Part shown: positions 29,665 through 39,401 of the stretch, piece by piece
Numbering within the stretch: position 1 is the stretch's first letter
How the letters are laid out: every line of letters begins with the position of its first letter
IMG/VR virus record: IMGVR_UViG_3300042401_001747
Direction: 5' to 3' (one strand)
Source of the DNA: a virus
Length of the DNA: 64,000 nucleotides
Notes under the pieces: model-generated
The model's database searches: none
The model's input: the letters and a program-made list of their open reading frames with translations, nothing else
Told to the model about the DNA's origin: nothing
Program-made: the position numbers and the translations under genes

Positions 29665-30828
29665 CTACGGAACTAGCAGGCGCGCCTTGCTTGGGCGTTT
29701 GTAGAACCCGAAACACTCATCACGGTCTGAACGCTCAACGCTCGCCGTGAACTCAATACGGTCTCCCACGCATGGGTCAAGCGCGCTAGGTTGCGAACCC
29801 CACACGGTAAATCCAGAGTCATCGCGAACTGTCATGACATAGCGCGTACCGAAATCGGTATCTTTCGTATCTACGGATACAACCACGCCAACTACCGTGA
29901 CGCGCCCCACAGGGCAGGGTACGCGAACCTCATTAGCGCGCTCGCGCTCGCGTTCAGCATTACGCTCGGCGTGTTCTAGGTGCTTGTCATACGCGCGCGC
30001 AAGCGATACCAGCAAGCCCATACGCTTGCTATCAGTCACGCCAGCAAGCACCACAGAGCGCAAGTTAGCGAGATAGCCACTCTCATCAGTAGTTGCGCTA
30101 ATCCACTCGATAGCCAACACGGCGCGCGCGTAATGCTCGATAGTGGTTTCGACTTTCTCATCGCGCCCTCTTGGGCGTAGAGCGTTATCTACTCGCATAC
30201 GCGTAGTAATGCCTTCGACACGATTACCGTCAGCGTCAGTAGAACTACGCCAGCCATGCGCCTCGATAATCGCAACAGACAGCGCAACAATGCGTGTCAG
30301 GGACTCGCTCGAACCACCACCCGATGAACGCTCGCCACTCCACTCGCTCAAATCGGTATCAAAAATCTCCCACACAGCAGGCAAGTTATGACCAGTAAAA
30401 TCACGCAGACATGACTTACCAACTCGATGACTCACGCCAGCCTCATCACGAATAACTATCGTGAACTTGCGCGCACGATTATGCCCACAATGGTCACAGG
30501 TAGCAGGCGCGTGAAGCAGGTCAGTAGGCGCGTGTTCGCGCGCGTATGGCGCAACGCTCACGATGTTGCCAGTATCAAAATGCTCAACGCTTGCTACTAC
30601 TTGCCAGCCACCAGCCAACACAGGGCGTTCGCCATGAATGACATACGCGATAAACGGCTCAATGGATTCGCGCCCAAGTTCATCGGTGCGCTTCTCCATG
30701 AATCGGCGCGTCACTTCGACAGTAGGCGCAGATACGCCCATGCGCGCGCAACGCTTCGCTAGAACGCGCTCGCGCTCGACTAACTCAGCCTCGTAGTACG
30801 CAGGCACAATGATTTCATGAGTGGTCAT
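29665..30828 (-). CDS. Hypothetical protein with Zn-binding motif and C-terminal OB-fold
   Basis: CDHC...VGKSC; C-terminal GRVTVVGVVVSVDTKDTDFG...GDRIEFTASV; cassette promoter at 30857-30885. Confidence 0.7.
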   Translation of the reverse strand: MTTHEIIVPAYYEAELVERERVLAKRCARMGVSAPTVEVTRRFMEKRTDELGRESIEPFIAYVIHGERPVLAGGWQVVASVEHFDTGNIVSVAPYAREHAPTDLLHAPATCDHCGHNRARKFTIVIRDEAGVSHRVGKSCLRDFTGHNLPAVWEIFDTDLSEWSGERSSGGGSSESLTRIVALSVAIIEAHGWRSSTDADGNRVEGITTRMRVDNALRPRGRDEKVETTIEHYARAVLAIEWISATTDESGYLANLRSVVLAGVTDSKRMGLLVSLARAYDKHLEHAERNAERERERANEVRVPCPVGRVTVVGVVVSVDTKDTDFGTRYVMTVRDDSGFTVWGSQPSALDPCVGDRIEFTASVERSDRDECFGFYKRPSKARLLVP

Positions 30829-31116
30829 GATTTCCCCTTTCAGTTGGAACACCCCAACAATACCAGCACAGGTACAGGCTCTCGAAAGTTATCTACTCTC
30901 TTTCAGAGTCTCGCTCTCGAAAGTTATCTACTCTGTTTCGCCTCGCCCCTCGCGCGCCCTCGACCAGCAGGCTTATCTCTCACACCCCCGTTTCGCCTGC
31001 CCCCCTTTGGGGTGAAAGCCCCGATGGGGAACCACGCGTAGCGGGGCTTACTAACGCCCTCGCCATGCGAGGTTGTTCTCGCAATGACGACGGAGATTCC
31101 GGGGAGTTATCTACTC

Positions 31117-31455
31117 TCAGTATCGGCCGTCCAAAATCATTTTCTTGTATTTCTCAAACATCTCAAAAGCATCGTGACGGCTATCGCAATCTTCAAGTTG
31201 TGGCACTGTTGTCTTGTCTTTCCAGATAACAATCTTGTAACACTTGATGACACAGTACGTGTCTGTCGTGAGGCCTTCTGCCATGTACTCGAAATAATCT
31301 GCATTTATTTCTAAGCGTGATTTTTCATTTTCCCATGCGTCCACTACGTCAGTACCGATGGCTGTTCCGATAGGTACTAATTCACGGTTGAGTTCGTTCG
31401 CCCAATCCAATGCGTCTTGCCACTCTCTAAAAGTTGTGTAATTTTTATTTTTCAT
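31117..31455 (-). CDS. Hypothetical protein
   Basis: Cassette promoter at 31484-31512; stop abuts an A-box. Confidence 0.68.
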   Translation of the reverse strand: MKNKNYTTFREWQDALDWANELNRELVPIGTAIGTDVVDAWENEKSRLEINADYFEYMAEGLTTDTYCVIKCYKIVIWKDKTTVPQLEDCDSRHDAFEMFEKYKKMILDGRY

Positions 31456-31669
31456 TGGCTGCCCCTTTCACTTGGCTGCAATAAACATACCACACGAGGT
31501 ACAGACTTGTGAAAGTTATCTACTCTCAATAGTTAGCGCGCTAAACTTTTCCCTCACCCCAACTTTCGCCTTTCGGCGAAAGCCCCGCTTATTCGCGCAG
31601 CAAGCGCGTAATGAGGCTATGATTCTCGCAGTCGGCGCGAAGCTGACGCGCAACATCAAGGAGACAACC

Positions 31670-31900
31670 GTGGGAATACCGAAGAAGAAGCCAGTCGACA
31701 AGAAACCGGCCAAGAAGAAGGCCGTGGCCAAGAAGAGAATTGCTCTTCCACGTAAGACAGTGAAGCCAGTAAAGGTCGCGTCTACGAGTACGTCTAGCAC
31801 GGTGTCTATTACAACAGTAAGAGTTACTCCTGTTACCAAAGTGAGCAGCACATCTATTACCCCAGGCACAAAAGTCTCTTACAAGTCTGAAAAGAAGTAG
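31670..31900 (+). CDS. Lys-rich histone-H1/HupB-tail-like basic protein
   Basis: AAGGAG RBS then GTG; KKKPVDKKPAKKKAVAKK. Confidence 0.55.
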   Translation: MGIPKKKPVDKKPAKKKAVAKKRIALPRKTVKPVKVASTSTSSTVSITTVRVTPVTKVSSTSITPGTKVSYKSEKK

Positions 31901-31971
31901 CCGTGGTAGGTAAAGATGCGTGGGGATTCGACCCGGCCGGTATGATGGCCAGGTTGAGAGAAGGAGAAAAA

Positions 31972-32199
31972 ATGACTTTTGATGAATGGATAAAAATTGG
32001 TCTTGATTCCGGATGGTGTGGCCCACCGGTTTGTTACACCCACGATGGATTACCAATGTCCGAAGAAGAAGAAACTGAATTCGAAGAAGGAGACCCATGC
32101 GTACACGTGATTCGTATGTACGAGAGCGAAGAGCACAAGCAATCGGTAGAGGACGCGCACTCGCCGAGCCAATGGCGCAATCATTACTCGAAGGATTAG
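31972..32199 (+). CDS. Hypothetical protein
   Basis: AAGGAG RBS; WCGPPVCYTHDG. Confidence 0.65.
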   Translation: MTFDEWIKIGLDSGWCGPPVCYTHDGLPMSEEEETEFEEGDPCVHVIRMYESEEHKQSVEDAHSPSQWRNHYSKD

Positions 32200-32515
32200 A
32201 TACTCTCGCAGCGCTACTTAGACAGAGCGCAATGTTTCATTTATTGATGAGCTTGTTTGCCGGATACATGGGATTGATTACTCACTCGGATTTCTTGGCA
32301 ACCATTGTTATCGCAACTGGCGCTTGCTGCTCTCTTAGAGCTTTGTATCTTGCTCGCATCCAGGGACTAATAGAGTAGATAACCCCGAGATTTTAGTCGG
32401 GGCTCCCAACGCCCCCAGGTCGATTTCGCTTTGCGAGCATGTGGGGGAATGAGAGATAAGTTTTGGAAGTCTGTACTGTGCGTGGTACATTGGTGCTGTA
32501 CCAGTGAAAGGGGAC

Positions 32516-32758
32516 ATGATGAAAACAAGACTTTTATCAGACATTGCCAGTGACATTCGAGCCGATTGGGCTAACCCATACTTTGGGGCCGTTCCATACT
32601 TGGATGCCATGAGCACATTGAGCAGTATCGACGATACTTATGGCATGGACGATGCGAAATACATCGTGGTGTATTTCTTGAGCAATGCTACGACATGGCG
32701 TGGCCCAGTGGCACGAGACATCAAAAAGGAACTCAAGAAGTTGGCAGGCCTCAAGTGA
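32516..32758 (+). CDS. Hypothetical protein
   Basis: Cassette promoter at 32463-32491; GAAAGGGG RBS. Confidence 0.72.
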   Translation: MMKTRLLSDIASDIRADWANPYFGAVPYLDAMSTLSSIDDTYGMDDAKYIVVYFLSNATTWRGPVARDIKKELKKLAGLK

Positions 32759-33092
32759 AAGAAGCAACTACAAGTCGCATCAAAGAAGTGCTGGCAAGTC
32801 ACGAGAATGTCATTTGCCTAGAATGTTTGCGATTGTTTGACTTGCTGAATGAGCAAGAAGCGAACGAATGGTTTTACGGCCACGATTGCGAAACTGTTTC
32901 AGAGTAGATAACTTTCGCCCCCCCGACTCTCACCCTCATTGCGTGAACAACCTCACGCAGTGAGGGCGTTAGTCAGTGAAGCCGGGGCTTTTGTCCAAAA
33001 AGCAGAACTGCGCATGGGGGTGTGAGAGATAAGTTTGCAAGTCTGTCCCCTGGGTGGTACGATAAAGGCAGACCAACTGAAAGGGGTTCACA

Positions 33093-33419
33093 ATGGAAAC
33101 GACCGACAAACTTGAAATGCTCAAAGAGCAACTGGAAGAAATGACAGACCAGGTGAAAAAAATGGCAGAGGCTCTAAGAACACCAACGCCATGCGATTGC
33201 TGTTTCACTCTCCAAGAAAACGCTGATAACTATCTTGACTTTGAGAACGCAGTTCTTGACATTTCCAACAAGTGCCAGGAAATTCACATGACAGCGAACC
33301 TGTGTTACTGGGCTGTTCTTTCCGTTCCACACGAGATTGCTCTTGCGAAACTACAAGCAGAAAATCGTGAACACTTTTACACACACCCTGACAGCAACGC
33401 TTTCATTTCCTGGGACTAA
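33093..33419 (+). CDS. Hypothetical protein
   Basis: Cassette promoter at 33035-33063; GAAAGGGG RBS. Confidence 0.7.
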   Translation: METTDKLEMLKEQLEEMTDQVKKMAEALRTPTPCDCCFTLQENADNYLDFENAVLDISNKCQEIHMTANLCYWAVLSVPHEIALAKLQAENREHFYTHPDSNAFISWD

Positions 33420-33436
33420 GAGAGAGTAGATAACTC

Positions 33437-33655
33437 ATGAACATAGAAAACAACTCATACACCAAGACGCACAACAAGTTTGTGTTGTGTCCTCGCTGTG
33501 AAGGTTTTATTCCGAACAACGAAACACCAGGCGCATACCCAGGTGCTATTTCTCGCATTGACAACAAGACCGAAATCTGTTCAGCCTGTGGTGTTTCAGA
33601 AGCGTTCCTTGATTACGAAGGCAGACTGACAGACTGGCGCAAGCCACAAGAGTAA
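33437..33655 (+). CDS. Small Zn-finger protein
   Basis: CPRC...ICSACG; ATG 1 nt after an A-box. Confidence 0.68.
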   Translation: MNIENNSYTKTHNKFVLCPRCEGFIPNNETPGAYPGAISRIDNKTEICSACGVSEAFLDYEGRLTDWRKPQE

Positions 33656-33844
33656 ATCACTCACAACTTCATCATGAAGAGAGAGTAGATAACTTCACAA
33701 GGAGCCCCGGCTTCGCCGACTAACGCCCTCGCTTCGCTTCGGTTGTTCTCGCTCTGAAAACGAGAGAACGGAGAGAGTAGATAACTTTTGAAAGTCTGTA
33801 CTCCCCGTGGTACATTGTTGGTGTCTCAACGAAAGGGGATTCAA

Positions 33845-34186
33845 ATGTCGTCCGACATCACATTCATCAACAAGGTGCAGGAAGCACTGGAAGCAGGGGT
33901 CATCATTGCTGATGGTCACACGCTTTTCGCACCTGAGTTTTACGAGCCGTTCTTCACGGCAACAGAACTCGGACACCTCATCCGTAAGCACGAATCTCAC
34001 GGCTCGTGGAAATCCACCATCTTTGACGAGAACGGTGAAGTCATTCCTGAACTGGAAGCCATTTACAATCTCGACTTTTTGTACTGGCTCGCCAGCAAAC
34101 TCGGAGTCACGAAGCACACCACTGCGATGGGTCGTGGTTCACAGGCTGAACAACTGAAAGGCTTCATCCGAGAAGCAATCGCATAA
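33845..34186 (+). CDS. Hypothetical protein
   Basis: Cassette promoter at 33788-33816; GAAAGGGG RBS. Confidence 0.7.
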   Translation: MSSDITFINKVQEALEAGVIIADGHTLFAPEFYEPFFTATELGHLIRKHESHGSWKSTIFDENGEVIPELEAIYNLDFLYWLASKLGVTKHTTAMGRGSQAEQLKGFIREAIA

Positions 34187-35021
34187 GTTTGGTTCTCTCG
34201 GTTTCCTTCCCTCCGAGAGAACCCTCACGGGAAACGCCCCACAAGAGTTATCTACTCTCTTGTGGGGCGTTCTCTTTTTCTCAATCAAATGTGCTCACAG
34301 AAGTTATCTACTCTATTGGCGTGACGCAGGTGCACAGGTTCGCTTCGCAGTGCGCTCAATCCAGCGAGTGTGTGAAATCGGAAACTTATCTCTCACTCCC
34401 CCATCCTCAACTTTCCCCCTTCGGGTGAAAGCCCCGCTTATGGGCAGCAAGCTCTTGGTGGTCTGCGATGTAAGCGGCTGAATTTTGGAACGTCAGCGAT
34501 TGGAATAGCTTGCGGCTCTGGTTTTGGAGCTTCTGCTGGGAGTTGAGCTTCTGGTTCTTCGTTATTTTCTGTCATGTCCTATTTTCTCACAATTTCTAAA
34601 TTAGATGGGGCAGCAAGAGATAAGTCAGGTTTTTAAAAAAGAGGAACATCCATGGTTTGCGGCCGGTCGTTGCAATGTATGTGCTTGTATTCGTGGAGCT
34701 CTTCGACTACCCGATTAATGGCCTTGCCGCCCGATTTAAGCCAAACAATAGCCTTGCGCTCAACGGTGTTATCTCCAGGACGAAGCGATAGGCCGCAGAC
34801 GTAGCAGACAAAAAGAGGAGGCAATCCGGTCATGTTGATGGACCTTTCATAGAGTAGATAAGGCATCCTAGCGCGAGGCCTAACTAAAATCTCAATAGTT
34901 TTGCCATTCACGAAGAAAGGTGACTAGGATGTCGGCATAGGAATTAACAGGGCTCTCGCAACCTCTCTCCTTTCGGTACATCCCCAGCGTGAGCCCTGTT
35001 GGTTTCTACTATGATGAACCC

Positions 35022-36938
35022 ATGAGGTTGTACTTAGATAAAAACGAGATAGTGCTCGACTTCCCATACGATGCACATCAGGTCTCGGAACTGAAACTAA
35101 TAAAAGGTTCGCGCTGGGATAAGCAAACAAAGCTATGGAGAGTTCCGGTTACCTCTCTGGAAGCTGCTCGAGATTTCGCCATCAAACACGACTTCACCGT
35201 GACTATTGATGTCCTCACATTTAACGCCCCCAAAATCAAAACTGGCAAAGCAAAAGTCTCACTCGAAGATGAAATGATTTCTATCCGTGTTCCGTACGAG
35301 CGCGTTGTTGTGAAAGCCGTGAAACAAATACCAGCAGTTTCGTGGAACGCCGATAAACACTGCTGGCAAGCACCCGTGTCGTCTGTTCTAAATACCATCG
35401 AATGGGCAGAGAAGTTTGATGTGGTAGTGGACCCTGCTGTTGCTGCACTATCGGACCAAGTAACGGCACGTATGAACGAGTTCGTTGAGGCCTCGCGCGC
35501 GACAGAAGCCCATGTTGACATCGCGGCATTACAAGGAGAACTGCTTCCCTATCAGCATGCCGGAGTCGTATACGCAGCCCGTGCTCGACGTACATTTATT
35601 GCCGATGACATGGGGTTAGGTAAAACTCTCCAATCAATAGCAACGCTCGAATACGTTATGGATTCGTATCCGGCCGTGGTCGTTTGTCCACCGAGCTTGG
35701 TTCTCAACTGGGTAACAGAATGGAACCGGTGGCTGCCTAATCGAAAGGTTGTACCGGTAACCAATCGCAAAGACTTCCCTGAACGTGGCTCGTATGACGT
35801 TGTTGTTGTTGGTTATAGCAACATTGCTCACTGGGAGAAGCGACTTACCGGACATCGTTCCTACATCTTCGACGAAAGTCATTACGCAAAAACACCAACA
35901 GCACAAAGAACAAAAGCAGCAGTAAAGATGGCTAAGTCTGCTCACAAAGACGGCCTCGTACTGTGTCTCACCGGAACGCCAGTGACTAATCGTCCGAATG
36001 AATACGCTTCTCAGTTAGAAATACTGGGAAGGTTAAAAGACTTCGGTGGTCTTTGGGGTTTTTATCGACGCTATTGCGCTGCCTACCAAGACAACTTCGG
36101 CCAATGGAACATCGCCGGCCATTCGCACCTCGACGAACTAAACGAGCGCCTTCGAGGTACGTGCTACATAAGAAGAACGAAAGACCAAGTGCTTTCAGAA
36201 CTTCCTCCCGTAATGCATAGCAAGCTGCTGGTAGAGGGAAGCTCTGCTGCAATGAAAGAATACAAGAAAGCAGAAACAGACATCCTGTTGTACATCGCTG
36301 AACGAGCACGACAACTCGCTCTCGAACAAGGAAAGCCGTCTTACGGTGCTGCTATTCACGCAATGATTAAAGCAGAAGCTAACGAACACCTAGTTCGACT
36401 ATCGGTACTTCGTAAGCTCGCTGCCAAAGCGAAGATGGAAGTCGTAGAAGAGTGGATAAACACCCGTATAGAGAACGGAAAGAAAGTTGTCGTTGCTGCT
36501 CACCATAGAGACATTGTCGATGAGTTGGCTAGGAAGTTTGGTAACTTGCGCATTCAGGGTGGCATGAGCGTAGAGGAAGTCGAAGAGAACAAGCATCGTT
36601 TTCAGACGGAAGACATCGAAAGCGCACCCGTAATTGTTTTGTCAATACAAGCTGCAAAGACTGGACACACATTGACGGCAGCAGAAGAGTGCTTGTTTGT
36701 TGAGTTGCCGTGGACGCCGGCCGATGTTGACCAGACTTACAGTAGATTGCACAGAATTGGACAAAAAGGAAGCGTAACGGCTACGTACATGCTTGCAGCC
36801 GGAACAATAGACGAAGAAATCTACGAGATTATTGACAAAAAACGTTCAGTAGTCAATGCTGCTGTTGATGGTGGGGAAGTAGATAACTCTGACTTTTCTA
36901 CCCAGATGATTCTTAGCTTGCTAGATAAGCTTTCTTAA
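35022..36938 (+). CDS. SNF2-family helicase with two N-terminal HARP-like domains (SMARCAL1-like annealing helicase)
   Basis: ADDMGLGKT, DESH, LTGTP, QTYSRLHRIGQ; twin (F/V)PY...W....(L/C)W..P repeats at the N-terminus. Confidence 0.85.
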   Translation: MRLYLDKNEIVLDFPYDAHQVSELKLIKGSRWDKQTKLWRVPVTSLEAARDFAIKHDFTVTIDVLTFNAPKIKTGKAKVSLEDEMISIRVPYERVVVKAVKQIPAVSWNADKHCWQAPVSSVLNTIEWAEKFDVVVDPAVAALSDQVTARMNEFVEASRATEAHVDIAALQGELLPYQHAGVVYAARARRTFIADDMGLGKTLQSIATLEYVMDSYPAVVVCPPSLVLNWVTEWNRWLPNRKVVPVTNRKDFPERGSYDVVVVGYSNIAHWEKRLTGHRSYIFDESHYAKTPTAQRTKAAVKMAKSAHKDGLVLCLTGTPVTNRPNEYASQLEILGRLKDFGGLWGFYRRYCAAYQDNFGQWNIAGHSHLDELNERLRGTCYIRRTKDQVLSELPPVMHSKLLVEGSSAAMKEYKKAETDILLYIAERARQLALEQGKPSYGAAIHAMIKAEANEHLVRLSVLRKLAAKAKMEVVEEWINTRIENGKKVVVAAHHRDIVDELARKFGNLRIQGGMSVEEVEENKHRFQTEDIESAPVIVLSIQAAKTGHTLTAAEECLFVELPWTPADVDQTYSRLHRIGQKGSVTATYMLAAGTIDEEIYEIIDKKRSVVNAAVDGGEVDNSDFSTQMILSLLDKLS

Positions 36939-37381
36939 TCTTCTGCTGCTCGTGATTCGGAAGAATCGACGCCCGTAATAATTTCTTGCGCAATAAGCTT
37001 GGCGTACTTACGGCGTAAGCGCCAAATCTTTCTATTCATTTCGGTTAACCCACTACTCATGCGCGCCTTGATGATTGCGTCGTCGTCGAATACCCCGTAA
37101 GCATTAAACAACGCATCATGAAGTTCCGTGTCCTCGATTAGAATGTCCGAAATCCATCCGGCTTTCTTATCTATCGACATCATCAGTTCGCACATTCCTT
37201 CTGCACCGAACTCTTCCCAGAGGCGATTTACGACAATGTTGCAGTAATGGCTACGGTACAAGCGCTGAGCTTTCTGTGATTGAGACATGAACTCAGAGAG
37301 CCATACGGCAAGTTCGGCGCTCGATGGGCCTTCTTCATCCTCAAAGTCGAAGACTTCATCGTTATCGTCATTTTCATTCAC
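36935..37381 (-). CDS. Hypothetical protein
   Basis: 148-aa ORF with GAAGGG RBS. Confidence 0.6.
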   Translation of the reverse strand: MNENDDNDEVFDFEDEEGPSSAELAVWLSEFMSQSQKAQRLYRSHYCNIVVNRLWEEFGAEGMCELMMSIDKKAGWISDILIEDTELHDALFNAYGVFDDDAIIKARMSSGLTEMNRKIWRLRRKYAKLIAQEIITGVDSSESRAAED

Positions 37382-37425
37382 GATTGTTCCCTTCGGCTTT
37401 CTCTATCTAAATGATACAGCCGAGA

Positions 37426-38454
37426 TTAGGATACTCCTGACAATAGATAATCCTGAGCCTTTACTTTTGCTCGTGTCACCCATGAGTTGTTGCTCATAGA
37501 CGCGAGTGCTCGCTCGGTAGGTGTTGCTTCGCGATAGTGGTCGAGATACTCGCCGATTGCGTTGACCAAAGACCAGCCGTTGTACCCGTAGTTCTTTGCG
37601 TTGTTATCGTTTGCGTAAATTGCGCGTACCAATGCTGTTACTTCTTTGTGGTTTGTTTCTTGACGCGCTGTTGCGTCTTTGCTTATCGGGAATACTTGAT
37701 TCAGTGTCTTGTCAAGTATTTGAGAAGAAGCAGGAACATTTATTGACAGCAACTTTTCTGCTGTAAGCGTGAACTCGCGAGCCCATTCGGTCGAGATGTT
37801 GAGAACTTCGTTCGCTTGCTCCATTGCTCTATCTGCATTGCGTGTATGGCGCGCAGTAAAGACTCGCTTCGCTGATGAAACACCAGCAATAACTGTGTTT
37901 TTACATACGGCACGAATACTCGTGTTCGCAAAGGTAATCGCCGTTTTGCCGTCATGTCCATTGTGTACGAGTAGATAACGCTCAATCGAGTCATTGATTC
38001 CTGCTGGGTCGATTATCAGCGCACCCATGTCAATAGACGCAAAGAATTCACAGCCATCTCTCAGCACCCCACAGGTATCCACAACGGCGTCCCCGTCCGA
38101 AGCTCCAACTATGTCGAGGGCGTAATTGAGGCATTCCCGATTTTGCTGAACTACATAGCGAGTACCCACTGTTGCTAGTCCATTAAACGACCCGTCCGTA
38201 TTCACCCGTACCGTTGCTCTGCTATCTGGAACGAGGATTGTAGTTCCGTCTGGTTGGCGAATCGGCTCGCCTTCATCGTCACATACGGCTACCCGTGTCG
38301 TTACTACGTCGAAATCTGCCTGTGCTGCTGCGAGCATTGCCTCAGCCGTTTGTAGGCCTTTCATAGGCTGCCCAAGCTTGTGCCATGGAATCTGTCGGTC
38401 TGCGTACGCCATGCGTGCCGTGCCGTCTTTGTTGATTTCTATCTGATGAGCCAT
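37426..38454 (-). CDS. DUF932 family (phage/plasmid-like) protein
   Basis: PWHKLG...YVVQQNRE...YLLVHNGHDG...IRAVCKNT...RHT...WSLVNAIGEYLDH pattern. Confidence 0.82.
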   Translation of the reverse strand: MAHQIEINKDGTARMAYADRQIPWHKLGQPMKGLQTAEAMLAAAQADFDVVTTRVAVCDDEGEPIRQPDGTTILVPDSRATVRVNTDGSFNGLATVGTRYVVQQNRECLNYALDIVGASDGDAVVDTCGVLRDGCEFFASIDMGALIIDPAGINDSIERYLLVHNGHDGKTAITFANTSIRAVCKNTVIAGVSSAKRVFTARHTRNADRAMEQANEVLNISTEWAREFTLTAEKLLSINVPASSQILDKTLNQVFPISKDATARQETNHKEVTALVRAIYANDNNAKNYGYNGWSLVNAIGEYLDHYREATPTERALASMSNNSWVTRAKVKAQDYLLSGVS

Positions 38455-38685
38455 AGCCGTCTCCGTCTCTGTTTTCTTATAGATAAATCTATCTGAAAGA
38501 TACCCAGTTCCAGTGCAACAGTTATTAGCGGGGCTCCCCCCTTGGGGGCGTTGCTCGCGCGTGGGGGTGGTGAGAGATAAGTCTGCTGGTTTGAGTGAAG
38601 TGGCGTACTAGCAGAGTAGATAACTCTTCGCAAGTCTGTACCCCTGCTGGTACGATTTGGGTATTCCAACTGAAAGGGGAACCCA

Positions 38686-39153
38686 ATGAGAACCATTATG
38701 AACGAGCACACAGGCGAAATCCCTGCCGACCAAAGTTTGGAGGCGTGCCGAGCACGCTCCTACACAAAGCGCAACACGCAGTGCGCCTCGGCTGACCTGC
38801 CTGAAGAATGGGAAAGCATCCACGATGCAACGCTGGAGCAAAAGTGCAATCGCCTCGCCACGGTGAACACAGGCAAATACGAGTTCGCCCGTAGCCTCGC
38901 TCAGCAGTTCAAGGACAAGGGAACACTTTCCGACAAGCAAATCGTCTGGGTCAATCGCCTCTACCACGAACACGCCGAAATCAATCGCATCGTGCGTAAT
39001 GTTCGTGGAGCACACGAATGGACAACGGTCGGTGCAATCACCCACAACCTAAACACAGTGCTCGGCACTTACGCCATTACCAACTTCCACAAGTGCGACA
39101 GATGTGGCGAATGGGGCGAGACCTACGAAAGCAACAACTACTCGGGCGACTGA
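38686..39153 (+). CDS. Hypothetical protein with C-terminal CxxC
   Basis: Cassette promoter at 38628-38656; GAAAGGGG RBS. Confidence 0.68.
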   Translation: MRTIMNEHTGEIPADQSLEACRARSYTKRNTQCASADLPEEWESIHDATLEQKCNRLATVNTGKYEFARSLAQQFKDKGTLSDKQIVWVNRLYHEHAEINRIVRNVRGAHEWTTVGAITHNLNTVLGTYAITNFHKCDRCGEWGETYESNNYSGD

Positions 39154-39401
39154 CCACCCCCCCCAAAAAAAAGACGGCACTCGGAGTAGATAACCCCCCA
39201 ACCCCGACCCTGCGTCGTCAGGGCGAGAACAACCTCGCGAAGCGAGGGCGTTAGCCAGCAAAGCCGGGGCTTTCGCTCAAACCTGCTGACATCGGGAGCG
39301 AAACGGGGGGGGTGAGAGATAACTCGGATTACCAAAAACAACAAACACACAGAGAGTAGATAACTTTTGCAAGTCTGAACCAGCGATGGTACATTGTGTG
39401 C

